Source: Phoronis australis (Eukaryota; Animalia; Phoronida). Taken from it: a DNA stretch of 64,000 bases. Below are positions 12,650 to 24,459 of this stretch, piece by piece (positions within the stretch are counted from its first letter, which is position 1; every line of letters starts with the position of its first letter). A program made the translations under genes and the position numbers. The stretch covers positions 62,001-126,000 of the forward strand of contig NMRA01000666.1 in the NCBI GenBank assembly GCA_002633005.1. The letters are read 5' to 3'. The notes under the pieces were generated by a model. That model worked only from the letters and a program-made list of their open reading frames with translations. It searched no databases and was not told the DNA's origin.

Positions 12650-14608
12650 ATGGCCCACAGCAAGGATCCAGAAAACGTGAAGCGAATACTGGAGTGTCCA
12701 ATCTGCCTCGAGTGCATGCGAGATCCAAGGATTTTACCATGTCATCACTCTTTCTGTGAAAAATGCGTCGGACAACATATGGAAGGAAAACAAAAAAACG
12801 GCTTCTTCCCATGCCCACTGTGTAATTCGGAAATCAAAGTACCGCCAGAGGGCGTGGTGGGCTTCAAACTCAACACGTATCTAAGCCTCTTTGGGGAGAT
12901 ATTTCCTGATGAGACTGACGCAAAGTGCGATTTCTGTAAGCTTCAAGGGACTGGAAACTTCGCGACGTCCTTTTGTATTCACTGCGCAGAACACCTTTGT
13001 CAACGATGTGCCGACAGTCACTGCCTTACTAAATTCACTCTTGATCACAAGGTTGTAAGTATGGAGGAAGTCAGAGACGGTCATTATTTGGATGAAATTC
13101 GTGAAATTCGGCGCTTGCAAAAAATGCGCTGCTCAAAACACGCAGAGAAGAATGTTGAACTTTATTGCGAGTCATGTGCACAACCAGTGTGTTACCTGTG
13201 TGCAATGTTAGAGCACAGGCAACACGTCCTGAAGAATATAGAAGAAGCTGTTGCTGAGGTTGACAAGATCATGGAGGGTTTGATAGATGAATGGAAAACA
13301 GCCTCAAGTCGTTCAGCGCTTTTGTCTTGCAAAAGGAAGAAGGTAATTGACGATCTAAGGGTAGAAGGAGATAGATTGATTGAAAGCGTCGACCATATGT
13401 ACCAAACGTTCAAAAACGACATTATTGCTGAAATCGAGCTGAAGACGAGGGAGTCGATTGGTCAAATAAAAGTGCAGATAGGGAGAGCCACCAAGCAAGC
13501 AGAAGCATACTACAACGCAGGTGAACGTACCAGAATGACCATAAACGCCACCTTGAATTCTTCGCAGGAAATTCTTGCGTCGGTCACAGATGTTGCAAAA
13601 CTGCAACACTTTCAAGACATAAAAGCCCGTCTTGAGAATCGGAAGCTTCTAAATCTGGACGGAAATGTGAACAGCACAGTGTATAGAATACAGAGCGACG
13701 CCTTAACAATCCCTGACTTAACGGTTACGGCGGTGGAGAGATCTCTTAATGAACGCGTTGCATCGTGCTCGTTTGATCTGCCTCGTCAATGCGATATAGA
13801 CATGAATGCAACTTTGCTACGGTGCCTTGATGTGAAAGCACCGTTTGAGGGAAGCACAAGGTCCTATGGACTGATGGTGAATGACAGTTGGCTGATTACC
13901 GGTGGCTACAACAGCAAAAATGTGAAAATTTTCGACAGATGTAGAGGTAGCTTTCTGTTCGAAGTGGACCAAAGTGATCACAAACTAGTGCATCCAAGGG
14001 CCGTCACGTGCAATAGCGACAGTGACATATTTGTGTTTGATGACGGTATACAAGGCGTGGTGAAGTATAATAGTAAGGGCCAAGTTGTTATGGTAAAGCC
14101 TAACATGACTAATGTCATGAGTACTCTTTTGTGTCACAACGAACAAATTGTCTGGGCGGATCGCATTGGTGGGCGTGTGCTTATAACTGATTTTGACTGT
14201 AACGTTACTGATGTGATTAGTAAAGAATCCCTGGGGCTGAGCACATTCAAGCCGTTTTACGTGTGCGTTGACAACGAGGGAAATTTGGTGGTAGGTGATT
14301 ATGGTCAAGGTTGTATACATGTGATTGACCAGAAAAACGGTGTCATTATCAAAACTCTGAGTGATGAACTGACAGCATTTCCTTGGGGTGTGTGTGTTGA
14401 CAAGTGGGGAAACATTCTTGTTGCTGATTTTGACAACAGTCAAGTGATGTTAATATCAGCGTGCTCGGACCACGCGCGCATTCTCATCACAAGTGATGAT
14501 ATCAGTTGCCCAACAGACCTCGCTGTTACTGGCTCTGGAGAAGTCGCCGTGCTAGAGCGCGATAGTAGTGACGTGAAAATATTCAAGTATGCTGATTGGG
14601 TAGTTTGA
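12650..14608 (+). CDS. TRIM-NHL E3 ubiquitin ligase (RING, two B-boxes, coiled coil, NHL-like propeller; TRIM56/TRIM2/3-like), single coding exon, about 652 aa
   Basis: RING CPIC..LPCHHSFCEKC..CPLC; B-box1 CDFC..FCIHCAEHLCQRCADSH..H; B-box2 CSKH..LYCESCAQPVCYLC..H..H; coiled coil; NHL repeats (HPRAVTC, PFYVCVDNEGNLVVGD, PWGVCVDKWGNILVAD, PTDLAV). Likely ATG at 12650 lies just after a ctcgttgcag acceptor; the ORF track starts at 12605. Confidence 0.93.
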   Translation: MAHSKDPENVKRILECPICLECMRDPRILPCHHSFCEKCVGQHMEGKQKNGFFPCPLCNSEIKVPPEGVVGFKLNTYLSLFGEIFPDETDAKCDFCKLQGTGNFATSFCIHCAEHLCQRCADSHCLTKFTLDHKVVSMEEVRDGHYLDEIREIRRLQKMRCSKHAEKNVELYCESCAQPVCYLCAMLEHRQHVLKNIEEAVAEVDKIMEGLIDEWKTASSRSALLSCKRKKVIDDLRVEGDRLIESVDHMYQTFKNDIIAEIELKTRESIGQIKVQIGRATKQAEAYYNAGERTRMTINATLNSSQEILASVTDVAKLQHFQDIKARLENRKLLNLDGNVNSTVYRIQSDALTIPDLTVTAVERSLNERVASCSFDLPRQCDIDMNATLLRCLDVKAPFEGSTRSYGLMVNDSWLITGGYNSKNVKIFDRCRGSFLFEVDQSDHKLVHPRAVTCNSDSDIFVFDDGIQGVVKYNSKGQVVMVKPNMTNVMSTLLCHNEQIVWADRIGGRVLITDFDCNVTDVISKESLGLSTFKPFYVCVDNEGNLVVGDYGQGCIHVIDQKNGVIIKTLSDELTAFPWGVCVDKWGNILVADFDNSQVMLISACSDHARILITSDDISCPTDLAVTGSGEVAVLERDSSDVKIFKYADWVV

Positions 14609-14699
14609 TCACTGAAAAATCATGTACTGCAAAGTGACAGTGTTGTGACTGTATACTGCATAAGTGTTTTCACAATAATGTATCAACTTATCTATCTCG

Positions 14700-15530
14700 T
14701 AACCTCGTACTTGTTCGAAATAGCCACCAAATCAGGATAAAATTTTCTACCTCAAATAATTTGGTTTTGTCTAAACACAGAACTTCGTTTTATTCTAAGT
14801 CCTACTGTATTCAGACCATTCAAGAGTGGAACAATTTACCGAATAGTCTAAAGGAGGCTGACCGTTACACAGGCGGATTTAGGGGGGACGCCCCCCCCCC
14901 TTGGCTGGCTGCCGCAAGCAAAATGGAACAGCAACAGCGTGAAGCGTGAGGAAATAGGACCGGTAGCGGAGAAAAGGGGGCTCAGACCCCCAGATCACGG
15001 CGTTCCGTTTTTTTATTCCACTGGTAGATTTCCTGGACAGAATATTCACATGCCCGGCTTGGCATTTTTCGGACCTGCGCTGTATATACAATCGTGCTTT
15101 GCCCACTTCCCCGACTAACAAACAATAAGTTTTACCCAGTAGCGTGTTGTTTGTCGGGTAAAATGGCGGCTTGGAAACGAAGGTGTGTCAATCATGCTGC
15201 GTTCTAAATGGTCAGTTAAGCTGTCACTCAAAATGCTGGCGATAGGTCAATTTCAGACACCAACTCATTAGTTATCTGTGGTCGTCATAGCTGTCCCTCC
15301 TTTTTGTCACTCCCATGTATGTACCACAAAAAAAGTTTTTTATTTATTTATTTTTAATTCAGTCTGTAAATCCAGTTTGTAAATACTGTTTAGTTTAATG
15401 TATCTTAATTTAATCTGTTTATCTATCTTAATTTATTTAAATGTTGCTGCAGAGGACCATGCTGGATATTAGCCTTTGGTAAAAGCATGTTTTATATACT
15501 CTGTAAATAAAGTTTATTATTATTATTATT
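14700..15530 (+). mobile_element. CR1/L2-group LINE 3' remnant, interrupted by a non-autonomous DNA element (from about 14869)
   Basis: HRTSFYSKSYCIQTIQEWNNLPNSLK resembles the CR1/L2 ORF2 C-terminus; 3' tail gaggacc..gtaaataaagtttattattattattatt ends near 15530. Confidence 0.6.
14869..15115. repeat. Dispersed non-autonomous DNA-element fragment; related copy at about 19737-19985
   Basis: Both loci share aggcggattta..ggggg..ccccc..ctgccgcaagcaaaat..ggaccgg..agatttcctg..atacaatcg(t/c)gctttgccc(a/g)cttc. Confidence 0.65.
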
Positions 15531-17475
15531 AATATGGGGAATTTTATCATGTCTTTCTCACGTACCGTAGATGAAATCCCTGGAAAAAATATAAATGACG
15601 TTACTGTTGGAAATACGCATCAAAATCAGTGTATATATATTCCGTTTTTTCAGGAGCGTTGTCTTGTATGTTTTAATATGATTTAGTGTTATTGTCATTC
15701 GCTACGAGTTACGCGATTTATATACACGAACGCAACTTGTAATTTTACTCTTTTACTTTATTTCACTTGTAAAAAGCACATATCTTATCACTTACTTTTT
15801 CTTGAAGTCAAGTAAAAACAATGGTACGCAAAAGCTGTCAATGAAACTTTATTTTTCTTTAATTAACGAAAAACATTTCCTGATTTAGGCACATATTTTA
15901 TGTAAAAACATGCGCACGGGTGAGCATCCATGTTAAAACAGCGTCTTGCGCCTGTTTAGCTTGCCACAAAAAAACGAAAATCGCCAAATCAGTTCCATAA
16001 AATTTCTTACCGTGATACGAGTCTATATCCGACACCAACGAGAACATCGCAACCATCAGCGACCCAAGAAAACGCTTCAGAGTTTATTGGGGTTGACCAA
16101 ACCTGAAGCGCCGAACTCCACAATGGCGCGTATATGCATTGTTGGAACTTTAATTGGCAAGAGATATAGAATCCTATCACGGTAAGGAATAATATGAGAC
16201 CGATTTTGTCAGAGTAAGGGCTTAATTCGATATTCATTTTTAGCCAGATCAACAGGGCGAAATGTGCACGCATGGCTCTGTTGTCTGTAGCATTCATATT
16301 CATATTATTACGTAGAGCGCGCTAGCTAAGCCATTGATCTCGGGTGTCGCCTGATAATGAAATGATTTGGTAATAATGAATTCTGAGTGATTCATGGGCG
16401 GCGCAGCACTGGAAAAGTGGGAAGGCTGTAGCCTCCAGCCACTTATGGTGCGCCACCCATATGATGAAATCGTCTAAGTTCAAATTTTTTTGGAACACGC
16501 AGGTAATTTGTCAACGGATTGCAAAAGAACCTGCCATCTTTCTAAAAACAATTATTACGCACATTTCGGCTAAGAAGCAAACTTTTTATTTTAGACCAAC
16601 GCTTTAAAATTAGTCTCATCTTGTTCCTTAATCCGATGAGATTAAGTGGTGTTTGCATTTTACAGAAATGAAGTTCGTTATTGACAACATGCTCTGCGAA
16701 AAAAAGACAAATCATTAGAAGCCATCTTGTAGAACCTGGTGACCATGACTTCTTTTGAAACCCTGCTTCACCTTAAGTTTGATTGAGAAACAATTTGTGG
16801 CTAGTTTAATAACTGTGATGTAAGGCGCGTTTGCTGTCCCAATAGGCTGCTTTTGTTACCAATGTATGATTTTTTTAAATGACGTTAAAATATAATATTT
16901 TTAAGAACCATTGATTGTCATAGAGTCTTATTTTGTGTACGAGAGCAATGCCCCTAGACTCGACTAGATAACTGGCGAATTGGGTACGTTCGAGTAATTT
17001 TCACGCAATGTTGAGTAACGAGTACGGTTTGGTTGTGGTAGACCCAGGGGTCTTCGCCAAAGGTTGTGCTTGCAAACGACGCGCGTTACCAGTAGAGGGC
17101 GCGGTGACAGAGGATAAGGAAAAAAACGCACTCAGCGCTCCTGTGCTGGGTTGCATAAAATATTCCCAAATAGGGATTCAACAAAGTTCCCTGAATCTTT
17201 TGCGTATTTGTATCGTTGTTTACGCACAGATGCAATGTTTTTACCATTTTTTCTATTGGTGAGCTTTTGCTTTATTTTCGGCAATAGATAAGACTGGAAA
17301 TAAATAAGGTTTTTATAGTGCTTTGTATGTAATAATCCATACTTCATACTGATAATTAAGCGTAGATTGCACTGACTTAATAGTGAAAGTAAAGCGGCAT
17401 GAGAAAGGACGGTCAGTGTTTTCACAATCCAGAGGTACACCGCGGTGAGTAGACTCATGGAACTTAGTTGGGGCC

Positions 17476-18462
17476 TTAATGGGGATTGTGTCATGAAACC
17501 GGGAAATGGTTCCTGGACCGCGCTTTAAAAAGACTAAAGCAAGACAAATAGGCAGTGTATATGCACTGGACTACTTGAATTCGTCAACGATTACCGACTT
17601 TTTAGAAGCTTGGCCATGAAGAAAGAACGACCACGACTATTGAGTAAAAATGAGAACAAAAGACTTTTGTTTCTAAACAAATATTAGTAAAACGTGTAGG
17701 GAATAAAATAATGTACTCACATGATTTCCCAAAGGGCTGACTTACTTGCCTGATTTATTCTATCACATGATCGGTTGCTGGGTAGTTTTCACACCCTTGC
17801 GCACGGTTGTTAATGTATGGTTCAACTTCCACATCTATGACGCTGTTTGAAAACTATGGCCCAGTCTTGCCTAAGATGTCTTCGGGAGGAATTCCNTTTT
17901 ATGAATTTAAAAAATTAATAGTAAAATAACGAGAGTATGTACATGGCTGTAATTTACGAAAAGAGTTAATTTTAGTGATATCTTTCGATTGGCAAAGCTA
18001 AATTTGTGATCTAAGCAGGCGAAAGTAAAGGAAATAGTGACTTTAATGGGGATTGTGTCATGAAACCGGGAAATGGTTCCTGGACCGCGCTTTAAAAAGA
18101 CTAAAGCAAGACAAATAGGCAGTGTATATGCACTGGGCTACTTGAATTCGTCAACGATTACCGACTTTTTAGAAGCTTGGCCATGAAGAAAGAACGACCA
18201 CGACTATTGAGTAAAAATGAGAACAAAAGACTTTTGTTTCCAAACAAATATTAGTAAAACGTGTAGGGAATAAAATAATGTACTCACATGATTTCCCAAA
18301 GGGCTGACTTACTTGCCTGATTTATTCTATCACATGATCGGTTGCTGGGTAGTTTTCACACCCTTGCGCACGGTTGTTAATGTATGGTTCAACTTCCACA
18401 TCTATGACGCTGTTTGAAAACTATGGCCCAGTCTTGCCTAAGATGTCTTCGGGAGGAATTCC
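17476..18462 (+). repeat. 420-bp near-identical direct duplication (17476-17895 and 18043-18462) of the rolling-stone promoter and start, next to a single N
   Basis: I see only about 2 substitutions between the copies; the first copy ends exactly at the N at 17896. Confidence 0.9.
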
Positions 18463-18518
18463 GCTTACACAAATTTACTCTTCGCTACCACGACGTCACG
18501 GCATTTTACAAGTCCCAG
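18423..18518 (+). CDS. Rolling stone-like membrane protein, coding exon 1
   Basis: ATG at 18423, MAQSCLRCLREEFRLHKFTLRYHDVTAFYKSQ, phase-0 donor CAG|gtatac; joins exon 2 to give the family's EEF....F..SQW N-terminal motif. Confidence 0.8.
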
Positions 18519-21500
18519 GTATACTTTATCCCATTTTCTGTCAGCCAATGGAATTATTGTCAAAATATTTTACTCAATACTTGGCACATCACTTAGTGTT
18601 CAAGCTCATGTCTACTTTGCCGAACAACAAGCATTCGTGGCTATCGAAATCAAATTTTGTCTCGTTTTAATCAGACTCCGACAATTTCTGTACTTCAATT
18701 TAGCCCTGACTCGTTCAGGTACTGGGATTCTTTTTATCCATGGATTTTGGCAAAAAGAAAAATGAAGTTATTTTTGTGAGAACACGTTACAGCGGGGTTG
18801 TAATCATGTGTTTTGCTCAAAAGTCTAAAGCCTGCCTCAAAGTACCAGACGCCTACTTTAGTCGGGTCCAAATTTACAAATATGCGCCATGGGTCGCCGT
18901 GGAAACGATTGCCAAGAAAAGGAAGGTGGAGATTAGCCTGTATCACAGAGTTGCCGCATCTGAAATGACGCAAGGGGGAAAAAGTCGAAGTGTCGAGACT
19001 GCACAAGTCCGGCACTTGGCAATTTGTTGTACTCGGAGTACAATAGTTGTCACTCAATTGTTAAAAGTGACTTTTTTACAGTGCAAAAGTACTCAACGAA
19101 TAAAATCGTACCCGGAAAGCACCGCAAGCGCTGCGGGAAACAATACAAAATGCTGTTCTTTGATAAAATTCCCATCGGATGATGAATGTATGCCGATGGA
19201 GAGCTGTGTTGGTATTCATCGTCACTTAGTCTACTTTCGCACCCGACACATAGACCCTATTCACGCCGACAGGAGTCGTGTTCCAAAACGAGGCTCGCTA
19301 CGATAGCTCTGGTGGCTTATCCGCTTAGTTGTACTCTGCGTTGCTCGAACACAGCTAGAAAAAATACGGACACTCTGTTCTACAATCCCTAAGGATGTTG
19401 GGATTCGAAAGCGTTGGGTCCTTGTCATACGCCACGAAAAAGGAAAATATGTCTGTGTAAAATTTATAACTGTTTTCGAGTCATTATTTGTCGCATCTCG
19501 GACTGGATGTCGCCATAGCAACGAGGACCGGAGACTCTTCGGCCAACCAGCTGCTATGTTTTCACCCAATCCCTCAACTTTGGGGCCAAATATCGGCCCT
19601 ATTCCGCCCTTCTCAAAAATTTTGAAAAATCACGCGAAATTCCCCGCCACGAGGCCTAAAAATCCCCTTTATTTCTCTCCAACGGTTCAAATCACCTGTG
19701 ACCACAGAGGTGACAATTTGAAAAAATACAAAATCATAGGCGGATTTACGGGGGGGGATAGGGGGCTCGCCCTTCCCCCTTGACTGCCGCAAGCAAAATC
19801 AAACAAGCGGGAGCGGGAGGAAACTTGACTGAGTTCGAGGACCGGTCAATAGCGGACGAGGGGAAAAACATTATGATTTTTTTTAGTCCAGCGACAGATT
19901 TCCTGAGCAGAAGGTATACATCCACGGCGCCCGCAACTTCCGGGCTGCCTGCGTGCATACAATCGCGCTTTGCCCGCTTCTCCGAGGATGTCGGGCCCCC
20001 CTCGATCACTAAGTCTATATGGTATCGTAGATCAGCCACTGAAAATGCTTGAGACAGAGCTACACTGTATAGATGAGAGTTTGCAAAAGGGCGGGGTGCT
20101 GTTGATGGTGATCGGGAGGTCAGTAGAGTTTTCACTGACCCGTCACTCGGCGAAACGTTCCCCTCTCAGAATGAGGCCGCGCACACATAAGGCACCTTGT
20201 ACCCCTCGGATATGAACGAAGCCTCTGAAGAAACACATGACAATGCTTGTTCCAGGGGGGATCCAGGACTTTGAGTTGGGGGCGGGGGGCAGGCAGAGTA
20301 TTAGCCAGGATTTTGCCGGTCAGAAATTCGCGCTCCTGAACTGGCCAATCGGAATTTGGGAGAATGTTAGGGGGGGCTGGGGCATAGCCCCTCTAAGTCC
20401 ACCACTGTGTTCTGTCCAGTTAAGTGACATTGAGTTCTAAAACGAGGTTATGCTTTTGACGAAAGAATTAGGTGTTTTAATTTTAAAATTCAACTTGGTC
20501 GAGATTGATATTTGAAAAATATAACACATGAAATAGACGTAATTATTAAAACCAAGAATGCAGAATTGGTCATATAATTTTTATTTTCAATTGCGAGCCT
20601 AGTTTTTTTATCGTAATCAAAAGATATATTTAATAACATCAAGTATTATTTCAGATCAATGACAAATCAACTGTTAGTCCCGGTAGTGCCTAGGCTATGC
20701 TTGTAGCTAATAGGCCTACTCTTGATCAACAAATTAAACCACGATGAGACTTATTGCACATGACAGCAAAATGCTATGAGCCACCACTGTCGAATATACA
20801 TTAAACTCGTCAACAATACGACCAGATGACCTGGTTCGTGTAGAAAGCATTTTTATCAAGAATTTATTAGAAGAAACGTAACCCAGCATTCAGCATACCT
20901 AATCCGTAACACTACGATCGCCGCAACTTGGTCATGTTTAGTTTTCATGTTTCGAACCTAGTTTTCCGGAAAAAAACTATATCCTTTCGTCAGACAACTC
21001 TTTGGTGCATTGACTTGTTCTTTAACTGTATTTTTCTACGTCTCTGTGGTTAATTATTGACACATTTTTTAAGATTTAGTATTCAGGTTGGACTCCAAAG
21101 ACCGGCCATTTAACTCACACAATGTAAATTTCCTCCGTCTTTGTTTATCGCAGTGAGCCTCGCTTTGGATTTTAATGTCCGCCGCGTGAATATGGAGTCT
21201 AGTATACATGCATTATATTGTAGGTCAAGAGACAATGTGCGTCAAATGCAACAATACATGTCATATCAAAATTTTGCAGACTTACCAAGAGGGTATAACA
21301 ACTGTAGTTGGAGGTTGGTTGAAATTTTGCTTGAGATTGGACAAAGTTGCTGAAATTTTGCTTGAGGTTCCTGGCGATATCTTTTACTATCAAACTTTAC
21401 ATATCCTAAAATATAAGACTTCAATAGTCATATTACTTTAATAAAAGAATTATAAGCCTAAAAAACTAGGTTCTTGAAAATTCACGACCAAAAAAATTAA

Positions 21501-22206
21501 TTTTGCGGCTTGCGTGAGTGCGTGGGGCAGTGGCCAAATGCGTGAGACTCACGCGTGATGCGTGAGACTTGGCATGCGAATCCTTTAATTTTTCATAGAC
21601 CTGAACACATGTTCATCAGTAGGACGTCGTCACCATAGCATTTTGGGATTCACAGGTCTAATATGTAATTGCATGAATTTATTTCCATTTTTTAATAACT
21701 TTGAATTTTTGTGTCATTTAAAATTGCATTTCACCCTGTTTAGCTGTCTAAAAAACGAAAATCGATTCAGGTGTGTACCTTCACTCAGATTCGTTATATT
21801 CCCTAACTTGTTGCATTATATTTCCGTACCGTCCAGTATTCAAAAAACGAAACCCTCTGCGCCTGAAGAGCAGACGCTTCAGACTATGAGTTCGGCCAAC
21901 CATAACATATTTAGAAAGTAATGGTTCATTGCTTGGGACTTGAATTATGACTGGAAATAGACCACTATCGTGGAAAATAATACCATAAGACCTGCCGATT
22001 TCATGGTAGTAAATGGTCGAAGTAAGTTCCAGTGGCGGATCTACGTTTTCAGCAAGGGGGGGTTTTAGGATTCCCGCCAAGGTCGAATCGTAGGCGCGTG
22101 GCGCCGAGCGGGGGGAGGTCGGGAGGGGGGGTTTCCCCTCCCGTGTAAGAATTTTTTTGTTTTTGTAAACAAATAGTGAAATTTCCATGCATCCTGGTAA
22201 GTTTCT

Positions 22207-22971
22207 NNNNNNNNNNNNNNNNNNNNNNNNNNNNNNNNNNNNNNNNNNNNNNNNNNNNNNNNNNNNNNNNNNNNNNNNNNNNNNNNNNNNNNNNNNNNNN
22301 NNNNNNNNNNNNNNNNNNNNNNNNNNNNNNNNNNNNNNNNNNNNNNNNNNNNNNNNNNNNNNNNNNNNNNNNNNNNNNNNNNNNNNNNNNNNNNNNNNNN
22401 NNNNNNNNNNNNNNNNNNNNNNNNNNNNNNNNNNNNNNNNNNNNNNNNNNNNNNNNNNNNNNNNNNNNNNNNNNNNNNNNNNNNNNNNNNNNNNNNNNNN
22501 NNNNNNNNNNNNNNNNNNNNNNNNNNNNNNNNNNNNNNNNNNNNNNNNNNNNNNNNNNNNNNNNNNNNNNNNNNNNNNNNNNNNNNNNNNNNNNNNNNNN
22601 NNNNNNNNNNNNNNNNNNNNNNNNNNNNNNNNNNNNNNNNNNNNNNNNNNNNNNNNNNNNNNNNNNNNNNNNNNNNNNNNNNNNNNNNNNNNNNNNNNNN
22701 NNNNNNNNNNNNNNNNNNNNNNNNNNNNNNNNNNNNNNNNNNNNNNNNNNNNNNNNNNNNNNNNNNNNNNNNNNNNNNNNNNNNNNNNNNNNNNNNNNNN
22801 NNNNNNNNNNNNNNNNNNNNNNNNNNNNNNNNNNNNNNNNNNNNNNNNNNNNNNNNNNNNNNNNNNNNNNNNNNNNNNNNNNNNNNNNNNNNNNNNNNNN
22901 NNNNNNNNNNNNNNNNNNNNNNNNNNNNNNNNNNNNNNNNNNNNNNNNNNNNNNNNNNNNNNNNNNNNNNN
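22207..22971. other. Assembly gap (N run) in the rolling-stone intron
   Basis: Continuous Ns. Confidence 0.99.
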
Positions 22972-23386
22972 GCAGCTAGTATGATGATGCTTCACCCGAG
23001 AACCAGAACGTCCGTTTTTTTACTTGACTAACTTTAAACGTCAAATTGGAGAAAATGATTTTCATTTTGTTCTAAAACTTATGCAGTGGATAAAATTATA
23101 ATTATTTAGCTCAAAAGCGTACAACGAGGTTGTTTTGTGTTAGATTTATTAAATGTTGACCTTTCAACTGTTTATAAGTCACATACCGCAGCCGGGAGCC
23201 TGGTGATGAGTAAAACTCAAAAGCGCCGCGTATTACAAAGCGAAGTGTCCTTTGTTGCTCACAAAAGATTTCGGTGGATTAATCGGCACAAGACCTGCAT
23301 ATGCATACGTATATAGCCCCATTGTATGATCTGTGTAGGCCTAACGGTAATAAATCTTAGCCTGTTAGTTATTGCGGTTTTAGTCC

Positions 23387-23516
23387 CCGGCGGTCCTGTT
23401 TTGTGGTGGGGCGGTCATGTTTTTGGGTGCGTCAGTCCCATTTTCTGGTGCGGCGGTCCCATTTGATCCCCGGAGGTCCTGTTTAGAGGACCGGCGGTCA
23501 TGTTGTTTCTCACCCG
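23387..23516. repeat. Degenerate ~21-bp tandem repeat (about 6 copies, core cggcggtc), probably a transposon subterminal array
   Basis: cggcggtcctgttttgtggtg / gggcggtcatgtttttgggtg / cgtcagtcccattttctggtg / cggcggtcccatttgatccc / cggaggtcctgtttagaggac / cggcggtcatgttg. Confidence 0.6.
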
Positions 23517-23586
23517 TGTTAATTATCCGGTAGTGACAAGATTTTAATAGACTCTGTTTACTTTAACAAAATTATTCGTTTTGCAG

Positions 23587-24459
23587 TGGAATTGTGGACG
23601 CGCTTCCGACATAATCTACGCGATATTCCGAGTGCTTGTCTCTCTATACACACTAGCGTGGTTCACGACAGAACTTGTCAGCTACACCGCCAGAACACAA
23701 CGAAGACACTGGCTTACGTACTTCACTTCGTGGGGCTACGTTCTATTGACCTGCCATCTATTGGTAGCGGCAATTGTTACAGTTTTTCACTTTGTCAAAG
23801 AGCTCAGCTGTGGTGGTTGTGACAGAAGTCATAGGAACAGAGTCGGTTCAGATACTCAAAACGTAACCTCAGAACACGACAGGCCTGCAACAGGCCTACA
23901 AACGGAACATCCATTCGCGCCAACGCCGCCTATCAGTCAGTCTCAAAATACCTTGACAGATATGTCACACGAGCAAACTGAAAGCATCGTTCAACAAGAC
24001 CAGTTAAGATGGCCTCACAAAATCTCTTGGATATTATTCAATCTTGTTGTCATCATAGCCCCAGCCATAACGTTTTTATATTATGTCGTTTTAAGAGGAG
24101 GAGCTTATACTGATGAGCCTTTCCACATAGCAAGGGACCTTCACCTACACACGTTCAACGCTGTCGCTGCTTTTGCAGAACTTGCCATCTCGGGATATCC
24201 GGTTCGTCTGCTACATTTCACGTTCGCGTTTGCTTACGCTGTCGTCTACGTTGTGTTCAGCGCCATTTACTGGTCAGCTGATCCCCTAAACAACGTAATT
24301 TATGCGGTAGTGGACTGGAATAATCCAGGCACTACAATGCTGATACTATGCGCTCTACTGCTCCTTGCTCTACCCTTTTTGCAGCTTGTCGTGTTTGGCT
24401 TGTGCAAGCTGAGAATACATATTTTTCACCGCTTCTGTAGACGTGCACAAAATACTTAG
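23587..24459 (+). CDS. Rolling stone-like multi-pass membrane protein, coding exon 2 (about 322 aa in total)
   Basis: ttcgttttgcag acceptor; motifs WLTYFTSWGY, KISWILFN, HLHTFNA, PVRLLHF, YVVFSAIYW, IYAVVDWNNPG; about 6 hydrophobic segments; TAG ends at 24459. Confidence 0.88.
   Translation, partial: WNCGRASDIIYAIFRVLVSLYTLAWFTTELVSYTARTQRRHWLTYFTSWGYVLLTCHLLVAAIVTVFHFVKELSCGGCDRSHRNRVGSDTQNVTSEHDRPATGLQTEHPFAPTPPISQSQNTLTDMSHEQTESIVQQDQLRWPHKISWILFNLVVIIAPAITFLYYVVLRGGAYTDEPFHIARDLHLHTFNAVAAFAELAISGYPVRLLHFTFAFAYAVVYVVFSAIYWSADPLNNVIYAVVDWNNPGTTMLILCALLLLALPFLQLVVFGLCKLRIHIFHRFCRRAQNT

Noticed and set aside
12361-14443. Overlapping and antisense ORFs across the TRIM gene
   Set aside because: Shadow frames of the real CDS with no recognisable motifs.
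18740-19306. 188-aa ORF in the rolling-stone intron, with a CxxC-like stretch in another frame
   Set aside because: No recognisable domain or splice support; the piggyBac-like Cys pattern is too weak and is broken by a stop.
21781-22995. Long ORFs (265-404 aa) in the track
   Set aside because: Artefacts of translating through the N gap.
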